In this document: positions 22,651 through 36,984 of the stretch, piece after piece
Position numbering within the stretch: position 1 is the first letter of the stretch
How the letters are laid out: each line of letters begins with the position of its first letter
Assembly (NCBI GenBank): GCA_965153455.1
Contig: OZ234494.1
Coordinates: 930,001 to 994,000, forward strand
DNA from: Sphagnum compactum
Taxonomy: Eukaryota
DNA: 64,000 bases
Reading direction: 5' to 3'
Translations under genes and position numbers: made by a program
Notes under the pieces: generated by a model
Told to the model about the DNA's origin: nothing
Seen by the model: the letters and a program-made list of their open reading frames with translations, nothing else
The model's database searches: none

Positions 22651-24829
22651 AAGGTGATAGTAAAATAGTGTTATGAACATGTTTTTTTAATAAACTATTT
22701 ATTTTTATTTCATTTTTTGTATTTTCCAAACTTTGACAATTTACCTTATTAATTAAAAGCCCAAATTTGTTTTGTAGTTGTAGTGCAAAATGTGCATGAA
22801 CAAAATTTTTTTTTTTGAGAAATGAAGAGAACTTGATTCGAACTCATCCATAAACTCCATGTTGCATGTTGATGCTTGCAGAATTTGCACGTTCATTGTT
22901 CTTTCGAGAAATAAAACACACAAACAAACAGGATTGCATGAGTGCTTTGCGCAAAGGACTTTGCATTACTCTAAAATACACTTCTTCGAAACAACACCCC
23001 ACCCCAAAATATTTAGTAGCATTATAAAAAGTTTTTGTTTTTTAATTTTGTGATATCAAATAATTTGGCAAATGTTTCCAGATATTATTTGAATTTGCAC
23101 TAAAAAAAATATTTCTCAACAACTTTCTCAACAAAAAAAAAAATTGTCGACAAAACAACACAATTTGTTCAAATTTTTTTTTTGATTACAATAGAACAAC
23201 TATTCCTTGTTTGTTCATGGGGCCATTGGGCATGCTCTAAGAGTAAACAACAACCGTTGCAACAACCGCACCAACATCTAACACTTTTGGAAATCCCACA
23301 AAAGCCTCCTCTTCAAAAATTGCATGTATAAATCTTAACACCTTATTGTATAAATTTTAACTAATTTTTATTGTGTAGTGAGACATTCAAGGTGTATTAT
23401 GTTTAAAGTGATAATATCAAATTTTTGCGATCTTTCATTCAATAATGTATTAAAGTTTTGTTTTGTTTTTTTTTTTTTTTTTTCAGTATTCAAATAGAGA
23501 GACTATGCATAGCTCAAGGAGTCCCTCCTTGCAATTTCTATAGATAAATATAAATTGTTGAAAGTTAAAGTGTAATAGGTAACCTTTTTTTCCATTGTGT
23601 GTGATGAAATGTTTGGCCTTCTCCTTTGTTTTTTCTTTTGTTGTTTTCATGTGCTTTTGAATTTATTGAGTGACTTTTGAAAGCTTTCTTTCAATTTCCC
23701 AACAATGATGGGATTTAAAAACAAGTGCACTAACAATTTTAGTCCAACATGAACCACTAATCATATATAGTGCATTTCACACAATAATGTGTATGAGCTT
23801 TGGTTTTGTCATTTTACCATTAAATATTGAACTACTATACTTCACATGAATCACCCCCTAGGGCAATTGATTACAACCCATTGAGGCATCCAATGACTTA
23901 AGTGAATGTCATTGCTTGTTCCAATGTCATCATGGCCACAAATTGATTAGATGTTTTAGATGCATCCTAACATTCATATGTCATTAAATCAATTGAAAAA
24001 AAGAAGGGGTGAAAAGACAAAATAAGATGATGATAAGATGGTAATATGGTGATGTAAGAACTCGGACACATGCAATTGCTCTTTATATATTGAAAAAGAT
24101 TTTTGAGAAGATTCAAAAAAAAATGATTGTTTTTTAAGCTTTAATTTTTTGCAATTTTGATATAATAAAATATTGTTCAAAGTTTCAAGCAAACACATCA
24201 TAACTTGCTTCAATTATCTTATTGAGTATTCTTGTTATTGCATTATGTAATAATATAAAACCCCTTGATTAAACAATTGATGTTAGCCACCATGGAATTT
24301 GATAGCATGAAATGTACCATGTGAATGTAATGGTTTCAAATGTGCAACCTAACATCACCCAATTTTCGTTCTTTATGAAATTCTTGTGGATGGGTTCCCA
24401 TCATTGCCTTTAAAAAAAAAAAAGATTTTTCTTTTTGGCTATTGTTAGTCTCATTAAGATTAATTACTAGCATCATCATCAACAAATAAGATTATTACAC
24501 ATCTTAAGCAAAAAATACTTTAACATTGTGTTGAGATTAATTACTAGCACCATCATCAACAAATGAGATTGTTATGCACCTTAAACACCCAAGAAGGAGA
24601 AAAGGAAGAAAAAAAAGGCTAGTAGCCATTAGGTATAAAGTCCAACCATAAGATTGTCATGTACCACAAGCAAAAAAAATTGGGTTGTGAAACTTTGCAA
24701 TGAAATGTGCACATTTAATCAGGTTCATTATTGCAAAAAATCTCTTTCATGAAAGGAAACAAGAAGAAGAAGAAGAAGAAGAAGAAAGAGAAGAAGGAAA
24801 ATAAGATACAAAATGTGTGCATTTTCAAA

Positions 24830-25140
24830 TTTAGGTTTATTGCCACAAGAAATTTCATAGTACCAAAGATGCACACATTTTCAATCAGATTCATTGCAAC
24901 AAGTAACTTCATAGATCCAAAGATGAAGAAGAAGAATGTGGTGCAAAATTGATGATTTTGATCACATTCATTGCAACAAGTAACTTCATAGATCCAAAGA
25001 TGAAGAAGAAGAATGTGGTGCAAAATTGATGATTTTGATCACATTCATTGCAACAAGTAACTTCATAGGTCCAAAGATGAAGAAGAAGAATGTGCTGCAA
25101 AATGATGATTTTGATTACATTCATTGTAACAAGTAATTGC
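24830..25140. repeat. Tandem repeat, ~77 bp unit, 3-4 copies
   Basis: tcattgcaacaagtaacttcatagatccaaagatgaagaagaagaatgtg... recurs at 24891, 24968, 25045 and (partial) 25121. Confidence 0.9.
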
Positions 25141-25951
25141 ATGGAACTGAAGACAATGGAGATGTAAAAATGCACAACTTTCAATTAGATACATTTGGTT
25201 TCAATACCGATGATGATGATGATGATGATGATGAACCTCCTTCAACAGAATCAGATGCAGAAGAGGATATGGATTCTGTTCACAACCTTTTTTGTGGGTT
25301 GATTGATTGCAAGCAGTTCCTGTTGTTGCCATGATGATGATGACTCCAGATGATGATGATTCTGAAACTCTCATCAGAATGCTACACACCAAAGAAATGG
25401 TTAAAACCAGCAGCTCCTGATGAGGAGACAAGAGCTTTCTGGGATGATCCGAAGCTCCAATGTAATGTGAGAAAGAGCTTGCAAAAGAAACAGACCTTTG
25501 AATGTACCTTTGAATCAGGATTCCTCTTGGAAGGTTGACAATAAAAAAGCAGCTTTTCTGGACTGTTTCCTTGGCTGTTGTGTAGTTATTTCCAAGACCC
25601 CAAGAGTCTGGTGAGTCTTCTTCATATACTCAAGAGAGCAAGACAAAAAGCCATCACTATCATCACCACATAACAGCACGCAATTCATGCATGCCACACT
25701 CACTACTGTGAACATAACAAGGGACAGTTTGATGCTCTACTTCTTGACATACACAGTAATCCCATTGCAGAGAAATCTCCACAACAAACCCTTCTGAAGG
25801 TAACATGATTTCAAGGTTTTGCAATAGAAACAGGAGTCATGTCCAAAGAAAGTCCAGTCCAGGAGCCATTTGCATGGGAGAACAATGCCTCTGTGGTAGA
25901 TGAAGCTGGGAGCAGGAACAAGAAGAAGAAGAGGAAGAAGAGCCTGCGCTG

Positions 25952-25991
<40 letters not shown>

Positions 25992-26641
25992 TGGGCCTCC
26001 GAGGAAGAAGAAGCGGCCGTGACATGCTTCGAAGGCACGCAGTTGATGAGCTGGAAAGAAACGGCAACAAGGAATGAACGAGTGCCGACCGCTGCTTACG
26101 CCACTTGGAAGAGAGAGAGACACAAGAGAGAGTTTCGGCGTTCGCTCCATTTGTAGGGAGGATGCGTTGTTGTGTGGGTCGGAGGCATTCGGGACCCACC
26201 CACAAGAAAACCCATCTCTCTTTCCACCGAATTCCACAATTAGAAGATCGTACCTACAATCATCACCTGCGATCTTGAAACATCCAGAGAGAGAATAACA
26301 TCTTCAAGCACCCATCATCATCTCGCCCGCCCAGACCCGACCCAATTGCTGCAGCAGCAGAGTGATGAGAGGAGGAGACTCTTCTCTTCGATGCTGCAGC
26401 ATACCTCTTGGCAATGGCAGCAGATGCAGAAGATGATGATTCTGGGGTTCATACGTTGTTGGGATTTTGTTGTTTCTCGTGAAGGTGGTGATTGCGAAGC
26501 AGGAGAAATAGGGAAGCAGCTGCTGATCTTCTTGAATGTTGCTGGTATGTTTTTTCGTGGGAAGGTGGAGGAGCTTTAGGGTTTGAAAGTGTGGGTGGGA
26601 TTCCTGTGCAAGAGAGAGAAAGAAGGAAGAAAAACACCACA

Positions 26642-29600
26642 ATGAGGGATGGTGGGTGTCGTGGTGAGAATGAGGGGGGATGGGTGTCTGTGGGATCGTT
26701 TGTGGGAGGTCTCATAGCATTGGCAGTTGTGGAGCTCCTGTTGCTGATCTACGTGTTTGCGAAATTGCTGAACTTCCGTGCTCACAAGAAACAGCAAAAC
26801 TCTGCTTCCTCGTCGGCGGTTGGAATTCACACTTGCGGTACCACCATCAATTTTAATCTTCAGGTTTCTCCGCTTGCTCGCTCCCTGGCATTGTTTCTTC
26901 TGCTTGACCTCTCTCACTCTCTCTGTCGTCTGGTTTTTGCTAGAATTGGGTGCTTTCCAGTTTGTTGAGCTAGTAGCTGTTTTGCAGCAATCACCCATCA
27001 GAACAACAACAGAATTGCCATCATCAATCCAGAGCAGCTCTGTGCAATTGCTGCAGCTGGGTTGCTGCTGCTGCCATTTTTCTCAGACTTTCTTGCAATT
27101 CCAGAATTACGGTTATGAAGAAATCTGAATTGTTGTTGTTGATGCCAATCTGCAAGCAAAGAAGAAGCAATGAGCAGCTACAGATTCACCATAGATAGTT
27201 GTAGCAGCGCTGTGAGAAGAAGAAGAAGAAAGAGTGTAGAGAGCTCTGAAATCCATTGAGATAAGTGCAAGTGTGAAGTTGACCTAATTTGCAGTGGAGA
27301 GCATGATGATGATGCTGTTGTTCTTGCTTTCTGCTGCTGCATCATCTATGCAGGGCAATGTGTGGGTGGCACATCTTCCTCAAGGAGATTGGAGTAAGCT
27401 GACATTGAAACAAGCCAGCAGCAAAGACAAGAAGAAGGAGAAAGAAGCTCCAACAAAGGATGCCTCCAAGAGGGAGGGGTTACAGGACTGCTTGGAGATT
27501 TGGCCTGTGCGGAAGCATGCCATCTTGAAGAGCAACATCCTCTACTTGAGAGCTGCAGATGGAACAGAAGAAAGCATCTTGCTGGACGGCTGTGAAGTGT
27601 TAGCTGTCTCAAGTGGCCATGACCCTGGTGGAAAATGGTCAGTAACTATTCTTCTCTCTCTCTCTCTCTCATATCCTCTGGTCTGGTCTGGTCTGGTCTG
27701 GTCTGTTGTTTTGCTTTTGGTATGAACTTGGGTATCTTTGTTGCCTTTGTTTTGCATCTAACTGCATCGAGGATTTCTCTCTGGAGGCTTGAGTACTTGT
27801 GAGGAGTGTTGTGGAAATGCAGATTCTATCATCCTACCATCTGCAAGACAGCACCAACAAGGGATGTGAGGAGGAGCCTTTTACTCACAAAATGTTTGTC
27901 ATTCTGGTTGTGTTGTTGGGGGGATCAATTCCAGGGCAAGGAAGATGCCTTTAAAGGTGCACCATGATGAGCGTGCTGTTTATCATGGGTGCAATGATTG
28001 TCTTCTGTACTTAGACACAGGATGGGAGAAGGAGACATGGTGTGAAGTTCTTCGAGCCACTGCTAAATTGGGTTCTTTGTCCAATGACTGGTTTCTCCAG
28101 ACCAAGAGAGAGTATCAAGACTACACACAACGTGTTGAAACTCACCTCCCTTATGTAAACAAATTCCATGCAACAGCAGCAGCAGCAGCAGGAGGGGGAG
28201 AAGTCACCAAATTCGGTGCAGAGATGAATACAGAGGAAAAGTTGGTGGAGAATAAGTCAGAAGAAGGACTCTCGAGGAAGAAGCTGATCTGGAAGAAGTT
28301 GACTCGACGAAGTTCAAAAGGCAAGGAAACCAAGGACACAAAGTCTCTGGATGCTCTTGAAGAACTAGCTGATTTCACAAGACGAATTTCTGCTGTGTCA
28401 TCATCACAGGGACAAGATGACGGAAGCTCTAGTAGGAAAAAGGATTTGAGCAGCAGTATTGATTCAAAGAATAACATCTCCAGCAGCAGGGATGAAGATG
28501 TGAATAATGCAGTTCATGCAAGTTCAGTGGAATCAAAAAGTGGGGATTCCATGGAGTTGGCACAACTGGTTGACAATGGAGAGAAGAAGACACTCATGGG
28601 TCCCCAGAAAGATGAAAAGGATGCCGCTTTTGTGGCTGCCCTTGAACAACACACTGCAGGTGAGCCTGCAGTGAACTTGTCAAAAGAAATTGACCAAGGA
28701 CTGCTCTGCCTAAACATGATAATCGGGAGGATCTATTTCGATTTCTATCACAGTCCAAGCAGAGTTGCAAGTATCCAGCGACTGATTCAGGCAAGTAGAG
28801 AACACCTTCCACCAAATGAGCTGTGCTGATCAGAAAAAATCTTTCACAATATTGACAGTAGTAGCATACAAACAGAGAGCAATCCTGGGTGTGTATCGCC
28901 TCAAAACTTTTCTTCATTTTGAACTCTTGGAGACATGCAGGATTACCTTTCAAAATTATTTGTTGTGGAGATTCCTCTAATCAATTTCATAGATATGTTA
29001 GCTAATGTTGCATGGGTGACTGTTTTCTTTGACAACAAAACCACCAGAAGCAACTTTCAAAGATGAAGACTCCAAGTTACATCAAATCAATCACAATTGC
29101 AGAGCTTGATCTCGGGAAGTCACCTCCCTACACCACTGCTCTTCGAATGCTCCCTGCAGATGCAGCAGGAGCGCTGGCTCTGGAGTTTGACCTGCAGTGG
29201 CAAGGGGTTGGATCCATCACTTGTGAAACCAGGCTGGAAGTGAGAGATGCTAGTGCTCAAGAGAAGGTTGCATCTCAAGTTGGAGAGCCTGGCTTGGCAG
29301 GAGATGCTGCTGCCGCCCTCCTCACTGGGATTGGCAATGATCTCAATATTTCTGGTGTTACAACAGCATCAGGAGTAACAGCAGATTCAATCAGCTCAAG
29401 AACAGGTACTGGTGCCTCATTTTGAGTGCTTTTGCTTCATTTTACTCAAGATCGTAGGGTGATAATAACTGGTGTGTTTACTGCTCTGTTGTTAGCTCTT
29501 CTTGCTACAATTGGGTCTGTCCAGAGCAAAAGCAATTATTGTATAAGAATGAACATGTATCTTTCTGCTTGGTTTTCATTCTCAGGAACTACACGAGTTC

Positions 29601-31359
29601 TGGAAGATGGTAATAAGAAAGGAGGATTGATGCAGTCTGTGAAATCCATGATATCACGTGTTGCAGAGCAAGTTTCTCAGGTCAGTAGCTTCTCATCTTG
29701 CTTGTCCATGTTATGACTTGGGGTGTGGCTCAATTAGATTCTGTTTGTTTCAGGATCTGTGCTTCTTCTGAAGATGAACAACTCTGAGCATTTCTCCCGT
29801 TTGCGCCAGAGTCTGGAGAAGAAATAAAGGATATAATGAAACTGGTGCTTTGAGGAAGGAACAAATGATAGAATTGATTGAACAAGCCTCAACCCACAAT
29901 GGTCCTTTATGGAAAGGGTTATTATTATAGAGGAAAAGGAGGTTTGCCTTATGCACTGCTGCTGCATTCTGTGACATATGACTGACTGGAACAGGTGCCA
30001 CTAATATTGAAGATTCGGTGTGAGTCTATCAAGGGAACAGGACTCTTGAGAATGCGAGCACCACCAACAGACCGTCTGTGGTTCTCCTTCAAAGAGATGC
30101 CAGAGCTGGATCTAGTGCCAGAACCTTGCATTGGTGAGCGTCGCTTCAACAGTGGTCCCTTGGGCACATTTATAGTCCAGCACCTTAAGGTTTCTCAAAA
30201 CTCCTCTTTACCATCAGTGTGGCTTCAACACAGGAGAAAGCAACTCTTATTGCTGTGTATAGGAATGCACAGAATCAATTGAAATGTGAACAGTTTAGGA
30301 GGATAAATGCAGCATCACATGGGCATGATTTATTGATGAGCTAGCATGTCAGAGGAATCTGCTGTTTTCCTAGAATCTGTTGTTTGTCTGAGAGATGTTG
30401 TGGTCTATGCTGTAACATACCTACAGGTGCAACTGAGGGAGACATTGGTGATGCCAAATTGTGAAGATTTGTTCACTGCTTGGATGATGGCTGAAAAGGA
30501 TGATTGGTTACCTCAAAGTGTGGTCCCTGTAGCATTCACATCTGCACAGGTGTCAGAGTCAGAGAAGCAAAACTTGAGAAGCAGTAACATTGGGAGTCAA
30601 GCAAAGCCCAACAGTGACCAGCATCAGTCAGTACAGCAGCTTGTTTCTTTAGCCACTTTGAAGACAGATGTTCTTCCACCTCCTGACAGCAGCAACAGCA
30701 ACCACCAACATCGTCGATCCATGAGCATGACACGACTTTTGAGTGAAGTTTCAAAAGGTGGTCTGCAGCCAGTCAGCCAAGCAGCTGCTGCACCATCAAC
30801 TGTAACACCAACAACCATGTCACGTTTCTCCCATGATGTTTCAAATGGTCCACAGTCTGTACGACCATCTGCTGTCACAACAACACCTCTGTCCACGCCA
30901 TCATCCTCTGTCCGGGAAGAAACTGACATTGAATTCTCAAAAACACTTTCGCTAGATAGAGGGGAGTCAAGAGCAGCACTTTCTGAGAGAGGGTTTGAAG
31001 CAGGCCTGTTGTCCAGAGGGGAATTGAGAGCATTTTCTGGGAGAGAGTTGGAAGTGGGAGGTGGGTCAGACAGGAGGACAGATGAGCGTGGTGGTGCAAT
31101 TGGCAGTTTTTCTTTGCGGCAATCAGAGGGATCAGTTTCAGACAGTGATGTACAGTACCTGGCTAGTCATGACGGGGAGCAAGATTTGGACTTGCAACAG
31201 AAGATGCAATCATCACGCAGCTCCAAGATGATTTTCTTGGGGAAAATGGGTGCAAAGTTGGATGAGAAGCGGCGGCTTGTGTTGGAGAAATTGCGTGAGA
31301 AAAAAGTCATTGCCACAGGAGACAACAGCAGCAGTGGCTCTGCTGCTCGTTCTGAGTAG
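26642..31359 (+). CDS. TEX2-like membrane-contact-site lipid transfer protein (N-terminal TM, PH-like domain, SMP domain)
   Basis: Exons 26642-26863, 27354-27637, 27935-28790 (GC donor), 29048-29405, 29586-29680, 29995-30189 and 30427-31359 all join in frame. PH-like motifs QGNVWV, PVRKHA.LK, W|ARKMPLKV, WEKETWCEVLR. SMP motifs CLNMIIGRIYFDF, MKTPSYI..I.I.ELDLG, PPTDRLWFSFKEMP, LRETLVMPNCED. Confidence 0.9.
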
Positions 31360-32398
31360 GAATCATTACATCTTCAAGAAGAAAGATGGTGATGGGTTAC
31401 TTGTAAGAAACTTCAACATGTTTGGTTGTTTAGTATCTGTGGTGATGATGCCAAAAGAGAGAGAATACCTGACTGTATATTCCAGTACCCATATTCACAC
31501 CAGCTTTTGCTCTGCATGTTTGTTGTAGTAATCACCAATTTGTTCATCTCTTATGGAAGTCACCACTGAAAAGAGAAAAGTAGTCCAAAAGGTCCAGTTT
31601 GCATGATGACAGACGAGCAACTGAAGCAAAACTCTCTCTCCTGCAAATTGCAGAGTGATAGGTGAGGAACTTTTGTTGATTAGAAGATGGATGACGAGCA
31701 TTTGGCTTATTGCTGACAAGGGTGGCACCTGGTGGAGCTGCTTTGAGAGCTCAAAAGGTCCTCAGTGCTTCAAAGTACTCTTTTGTTTTTTCCTTCAGAA
31801 TATTTCTTTCCATTTTGTTAGTAGGAAAAAAACAAACAAACAAACAATCAAATAAACGCAAGCAAAAAAAAGATCTTAAGGGCTGGATTCTGAAGGTGTT
31901 GCCTGATCAGAAAATGCAAATGTGCAAGCACATACCTTGAAGAGTTGAGCATCCAATTTTTTTGCCACAAGAACACTTGGAAGAGAGAAGAATTGCATCT
32001 TGAAGAGTTGCTCAGCGGATATCCTCCAGTTCTGAGAATCCAGTTCTTCGTTTGCTACCTGAGGCAGCAGCGACCAACCACCTGATCCTTCAAGTGCATC
32101 ATTAGTGAAGAAATTATGCAATTTACTTGCAGCAGTGATCGTGTATGCTTGCATTTCATCATCCTTAATGTTCTCCTACAAATGCAGAGATGTCTCTTTT
32201 GCATTTTTCTGCTTTTTACGACAAAGCTCGCTTTGTACATATTTGCTGAGAAGATGTGACAGTAGCATCAGATTCGAGTCATCCGCGTGACTGCAAGTTT
32301 TGCAAACCTTGAGTTGTGGAAGTTAGGCCAAGGTCCGTGGAGAACAAGGCTGTCGGTCTGTGTGTCTGGAAGAAGAATAGCGGCGTCCGTGGTCACCC

Positions 32399-34815
32399 AT
32401 GGATGGCGATGGTGACGGTGGAGGACAGAACCAACAGTGTCATCACCATGGCAAGGAAGTGGAGACAAGATTGTGGAAATCGATCTGTCGCTCCTTGTCA
32501 TCCGGCTTAATGAACGCGCATTCCGACTCCTCAGCAGCAGCAGCAGCGACAAAGAAGATGCGAAACAGGTCTGTGTCATTGGGAGTTCCATTGCGGAAGA
32601 AGTCTGTGCAAGCTGCTATTGCTGCTGCAGGACACCACGTTGATGAACAAACACCTCTGCAATTGATGCGAGCTTCTGTCGTCGAGCTTGATCCGCTCTC
32701 CAAGGTAAAGAAGTCCTGCATTTTGTCGTCTCTTGTGAGGAAGGACATTCTTCGTCTCTGGCTGAAGATGAAAGTTTTGTGCAGGGTGTAGATGATGCGA
32801 CGCTGAGGAGATTCTTAGTTGCGAGGTCCATGAAGGTGGACAAAGCGACTACAATGTTTGTGGAGCACCAGAGATGGCGACGTTCCTTGTTCTTCTTCAC
32901 AGCTCCTGCTGGAGGAGGAGGCGGCGGCGGTGGCGGTTACATTCCGGAGGCGCAAGTGAAGAAAGAGTTGGAGACTGGGAAGGTGATGAGGGCGGGCTAT
33001 GGTAAACAAGGGCATCCAGTCGCAGTGGGCTTCGGTGCAAAGCACGATGTCTTAAATCGTGATGTGGAAGAGTTCAAACGTGAGTGAGTGAGAGTTTTGT
33101 TCTTCCTCTTCTGCATTCCTTTGCCAAACTCTTTCTCAAACAGACTCACACTTCCTCTAGAACTTCTCTTCAACAGACTCTTCAATCTAGAAACATCAGG
33201 GGTTTTGATAGTGTTGTGTTGTTGTTTGATGATGGATCTGGTCTTACTGGGCTTCATGTATGCCATGGGTTGTGGCTGACAGGATTCACAGTCTATGTGT
33301 TTGACAAGCTCGTAGCCAGGTAGACTTTTTTCTCGAGCTTTGGTTCACTCCCATTCTCTTAGCTCAGATGGGATTTCCTTCTTTGCTGTGAATTCTCTAG
33401 TGATGATGATGAGCGTGAAATGAGGTGTAATGCAAATGTTCTTCATGTGGCGGAGATGGCTACTGGAGAAGAACAGAGTGTTTAGTTTGAAATGATGTTT
33501 TGAAACAGGAACTCAAAAGAGTAGATTATTACAGAAAGCTTCTACTGGCCATGTCTGATTTGATGAAAGAAGAGGGATTTGCTTTGAAGCTGCCACCCAA
33601 GTATCACACAATTGAATGTGAATGAGATGGTGGCAGCATGCCTCCAGGAACAGAGAAGTTTATGTTCATTCTGGACTTGCAAGGAGTGAGCTATCGCAAC
33701 ATGGACCCTGTTGCCATGCGTACCAATCTTGATTTCTTACAGGTACACAGCTCCCAGTAGTAATCTGTGTTTTATCAAATACAGGGTCTTTTCCCCCTTA
33801 TTCATTACATCAATGGTCTTGAAATTGTGGAAGACAACGTTTGGCCCTATCTATTTTCACTGATTCTTGGCCATTTGTTGGCACTTTGCCTGATGTGTTG
33901 TCCTAAGCAAGGTGAAGTATGAAGGGCCTAGGATGACTGTACATGCCCCAGTCACATTCGCTATCACTCTGAGCATTCCCCAATATATTGACTCTGCTCC
34001 ACCTTGTGGTATTAGGCCCAGCTTTGCTAACAGTCAGTGTCATCAGCCTTGTACAAAGTGGGACTTGATGATTATAAGGCCTTGACATTGAAGTGGGAAC
34101 CTTGTGGGTGGCCAGGCGTATTACCCGGAGAGGCTAGCCAAAGCATTTGTCGTGCATGTGCCCACCATCTTCTGGGGAGTGTGGCATATGCTATCTCCTT
34201 TCATTGACAAAGTCACAAGGGAAAAGGTTGGCTTTCTATTCATGCCAGACAAGCAAATCTTCAGTGCAGAGCTTTGGATCTAATGATCAGAATTGCATAT
34301 GATTGTTGTCGGTTTGAAGACAAGGAATCAAGTTCCTGCATACAAAACATTTATCTCTAGTTACTTCCTTCACCACTGGAAGGGCATAGAAATGAAAATA
34401 GATGCAATTGTATCATAGGGTTTATCTAATTTTGTAACTCCAGAGTGCCCCACACACTATACTCATCCTATTGTTGCAAGGCCTAAAAGTGGTCTGGTGT
34501 AAAGGAAATGAATCATGTGTAGCTGATCTTGGTGATCTATGTATCATTGTACTGGTGACAAAGAGGACTTAAGTCGAATATTGTTATGTCTGTCAGTGAA
34601 GGACGGCCATCACTGTGAACATGTGTGTGCAGATACTATTTGTGGAGGACAAAGCCCTTGAGATGACATTGATGGAGTACATTGACAAGGAACAGCTGCC
34701 AAGTTTGTACGGGGGTAGAGGTCATTTGCAATCCATGAAAGATGTATCTCCAACCTACCAGTCACCACCACTTGCCATACCTGAATTCGGTACTGAAGCT
34801 GCTGCTAGTTCATGA
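32399..34815 (+). CDS. Sec14/CRAL-TRIO phosphatidylinositol transfer family protein
   Basis: Exons 32399-32704 (start codon uncertain), 32785-33079, 33283-33319, 33637-33742, 34116-34226 and 34633-34815 join in frame. Motifs DDATLRRFLVARSMKVDKA, ILDLQGVSYRNMD, LQ|AYYPERL, SPFIDKVTREKI, EQLPSLYGG. Confidence 0.92.
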
Positions 34816-36984
34816 AGGTTCTTCCTAACAGAACTCACAATGTGGGTTGCAGCAGCAAAAAGTTGGAACACCAATTAGTTGAGTCTCTGCAGTAGAATGA
34901 TTCTCTCATCCTGTACAGAACCTCATCATTCACCAGTCTGCATGAGGAGATTTATTTACATCATTGGATCAACAGATTCCCTTGATCCACCCTATAAGTC
35001 CAAAGGTCAGATGGAGGGATTGGCAAAGCTTGCAAACAACAAGGTTCTTCTCTTCAAAGGGGTTTCACCTTTTGTACAACCCAGAGTGCTCAATAAATTT
35101 CCTTTCAGTTTGACACAAGTAGAACAAGGACATGGATTTTAGGAGATTCTAAACCTCTATGTTCAGAGTCTACAATTCTTGACAATGTCGTCAAGACATC
35201 ATGCTCTTAAAGTTCTGTGTCTTACTTTTCTCTTTTGCCTTCCTACTTTCTCTTTTTCCTTCCTCTTTTCTTATCTTGGTTATTTCTTGCTTTTTTTCTT
35301 TTGTGCTCTCTTTTTCTCTTTCCCCTTTTCTCTTTCTTTTCTCTTTCAGTTTTTCTTTCTCTATCTTTCTTTTCATGTTCATCTGTCTTCTTGGGTTTTT
35401 GGTCTTCTCCTTCTCTTTTGGGTTTTGTTGAGCTAGTAGTCAGCATCATTGCTGTAATTTCCCTGTTACTGACAGTCTTGTGACAGAAACTCAGTACATG
35501 GGTCAATATTCGACATTGACCTCCACCAGTTGCCAGGAGCTGATATATGTTGCAGGACTTCTCAATCTGCAATTGGCAGCCATAGGATGGGTGATTATGC
35601 TTTCAGACCAACTATCTTTCCAGTCAATGGCTTCTCATCAATACCAAGGTACCCTACTCACCCACAACTCACAGACAACAGAATGCTCAAACAGGAGAGA
35701 GATTTTTGCTGTCAAGCTCGTCGTCTTGTCCAATACAGTAGTGCTGTCATCTTCAACCTGTCTTCCAGCCCAGGTTCACAAAAGTAGAAATTGGAGCCCA
35801 CTGTCTGCTATATTGCAGAGTGACAATGAAGCAGCACCGCATGCAACTCCTTTCTGTGAAACAATCAAGGTGCATGCTGACACCTTTTGTCAAAACATTC
35901 CAGCTTGATGGTGCAAGGTTTGAGAACAGGATATACAAGCTGCATGATCATTGATATTGCTCCAACAATTAGGGTTTGATATCCTGTTTTTGAAGCAATA
36001 GTTAAAGAGATCAAACCTGCAGATCACAACATTGTGCGAGGCATTGTCAAGGCTGACATACTGCACATTGTGTTGGTATGTGGCCTGTTTGTAACCAAGT
36101 ACATTGCCACTGCAAATGTTGATGGACATTTTGCTGCTTCCTGTGCTCAAAACAAGAATCTCGCCACCTGACTGAACCAGGTGACCAATGTCCTTTCTGT
36201 GACCATGTTTCTCTCTCTGCTGTAACTTTGACCTTCAAACGTAAGCAAGGATTCAAGTTGAATTTGCAGATGGTTTAAACATGTAACGTGCAGTAAATGG
36301 AAAGAGTTTGCTGAATGTTACCATGCAGCTCTGGAAAAACCTGCCAGATAACGTGAATGGCTGCAAACCTTGGATCTAGGACAGCATTTGAGCACACAAA
36401 GATCAATTCAGGTATTTTGATCCTACTTTCAAGGATTGAAGGGCTTGGAATCTTGAGTGCACAACATACCTGCCCCATCCAGCGTCAATGGTGTTGAGAA
36501 GACTGTTGCTGCTGTCGGAAGGATACACTGGACTGCTATTCAGAAACCAAAGCTGGGCCAGGCTGAAATCATGATTATGGACAAGCGGCTAACAACATTG
36601 ATGATGACTTCAGTCCCCCTTGTACAATGGATGGCTAGTCAAATGTGTTGCTGTGTATGCATGTCACAGACAGCCAGTGGCCCCATGCACCACCATGAAT
36701 TGGTAATTCTGTATCTGTCTTTTCTTTTGCAATTGTCAGCTTTTGACTTCTGAGATTAATAGGATTTTTGTTCATGGGTGCCTTGGGAGACTTAAAATAT
36801 GAAGTATGTCAATAGCCATAGGCTCTGTTTCTAAGACCTGATTTTCCCTGAGGCTCCATGCTGTTCTCATTTTGCAGCAGAACTGGACTAATAGCCATGG
36901 ATTGCCACCGCTGTCTGTGAAATCCCTATACAGCGCCACCCATATGTTAACTAGATTTTGCCTACAACAAAACATCAGGTAAAG

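Noticed and set aside
22820-22870. tRNA or SINE B-box-like ttcgaac
   Set aside because: No cloverleaf or A-box can be built around it.
23700-24400. Additional decayed transposase fragment
   Set aside because: Composition resembles the TE fossils, but no diagnostic motif was identifiable.
26166-26205. Minus-strand GWVPNASDPHNN resembling a CLE peptide (RxVPNxxDPLHN type)
   Set aside because: It lacks the first Arg and the penultimate His, lies near the N-terminus of its frame, and has an in-frame stop upstream with no signal peptide or ATG. Likely chance.
35179-35572. Hydrophobic and Lys/Glu-rich ORFs
   Set aside because: Translations of a T/C-rich low-complexity tract between convergent genes.
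35480-36760. Possible extra gene between the Sec14 and AlaX genes
   Set aside because: The short ORFs have no recognisable motifs or consistent splice phases; probably UTR or intergenic.
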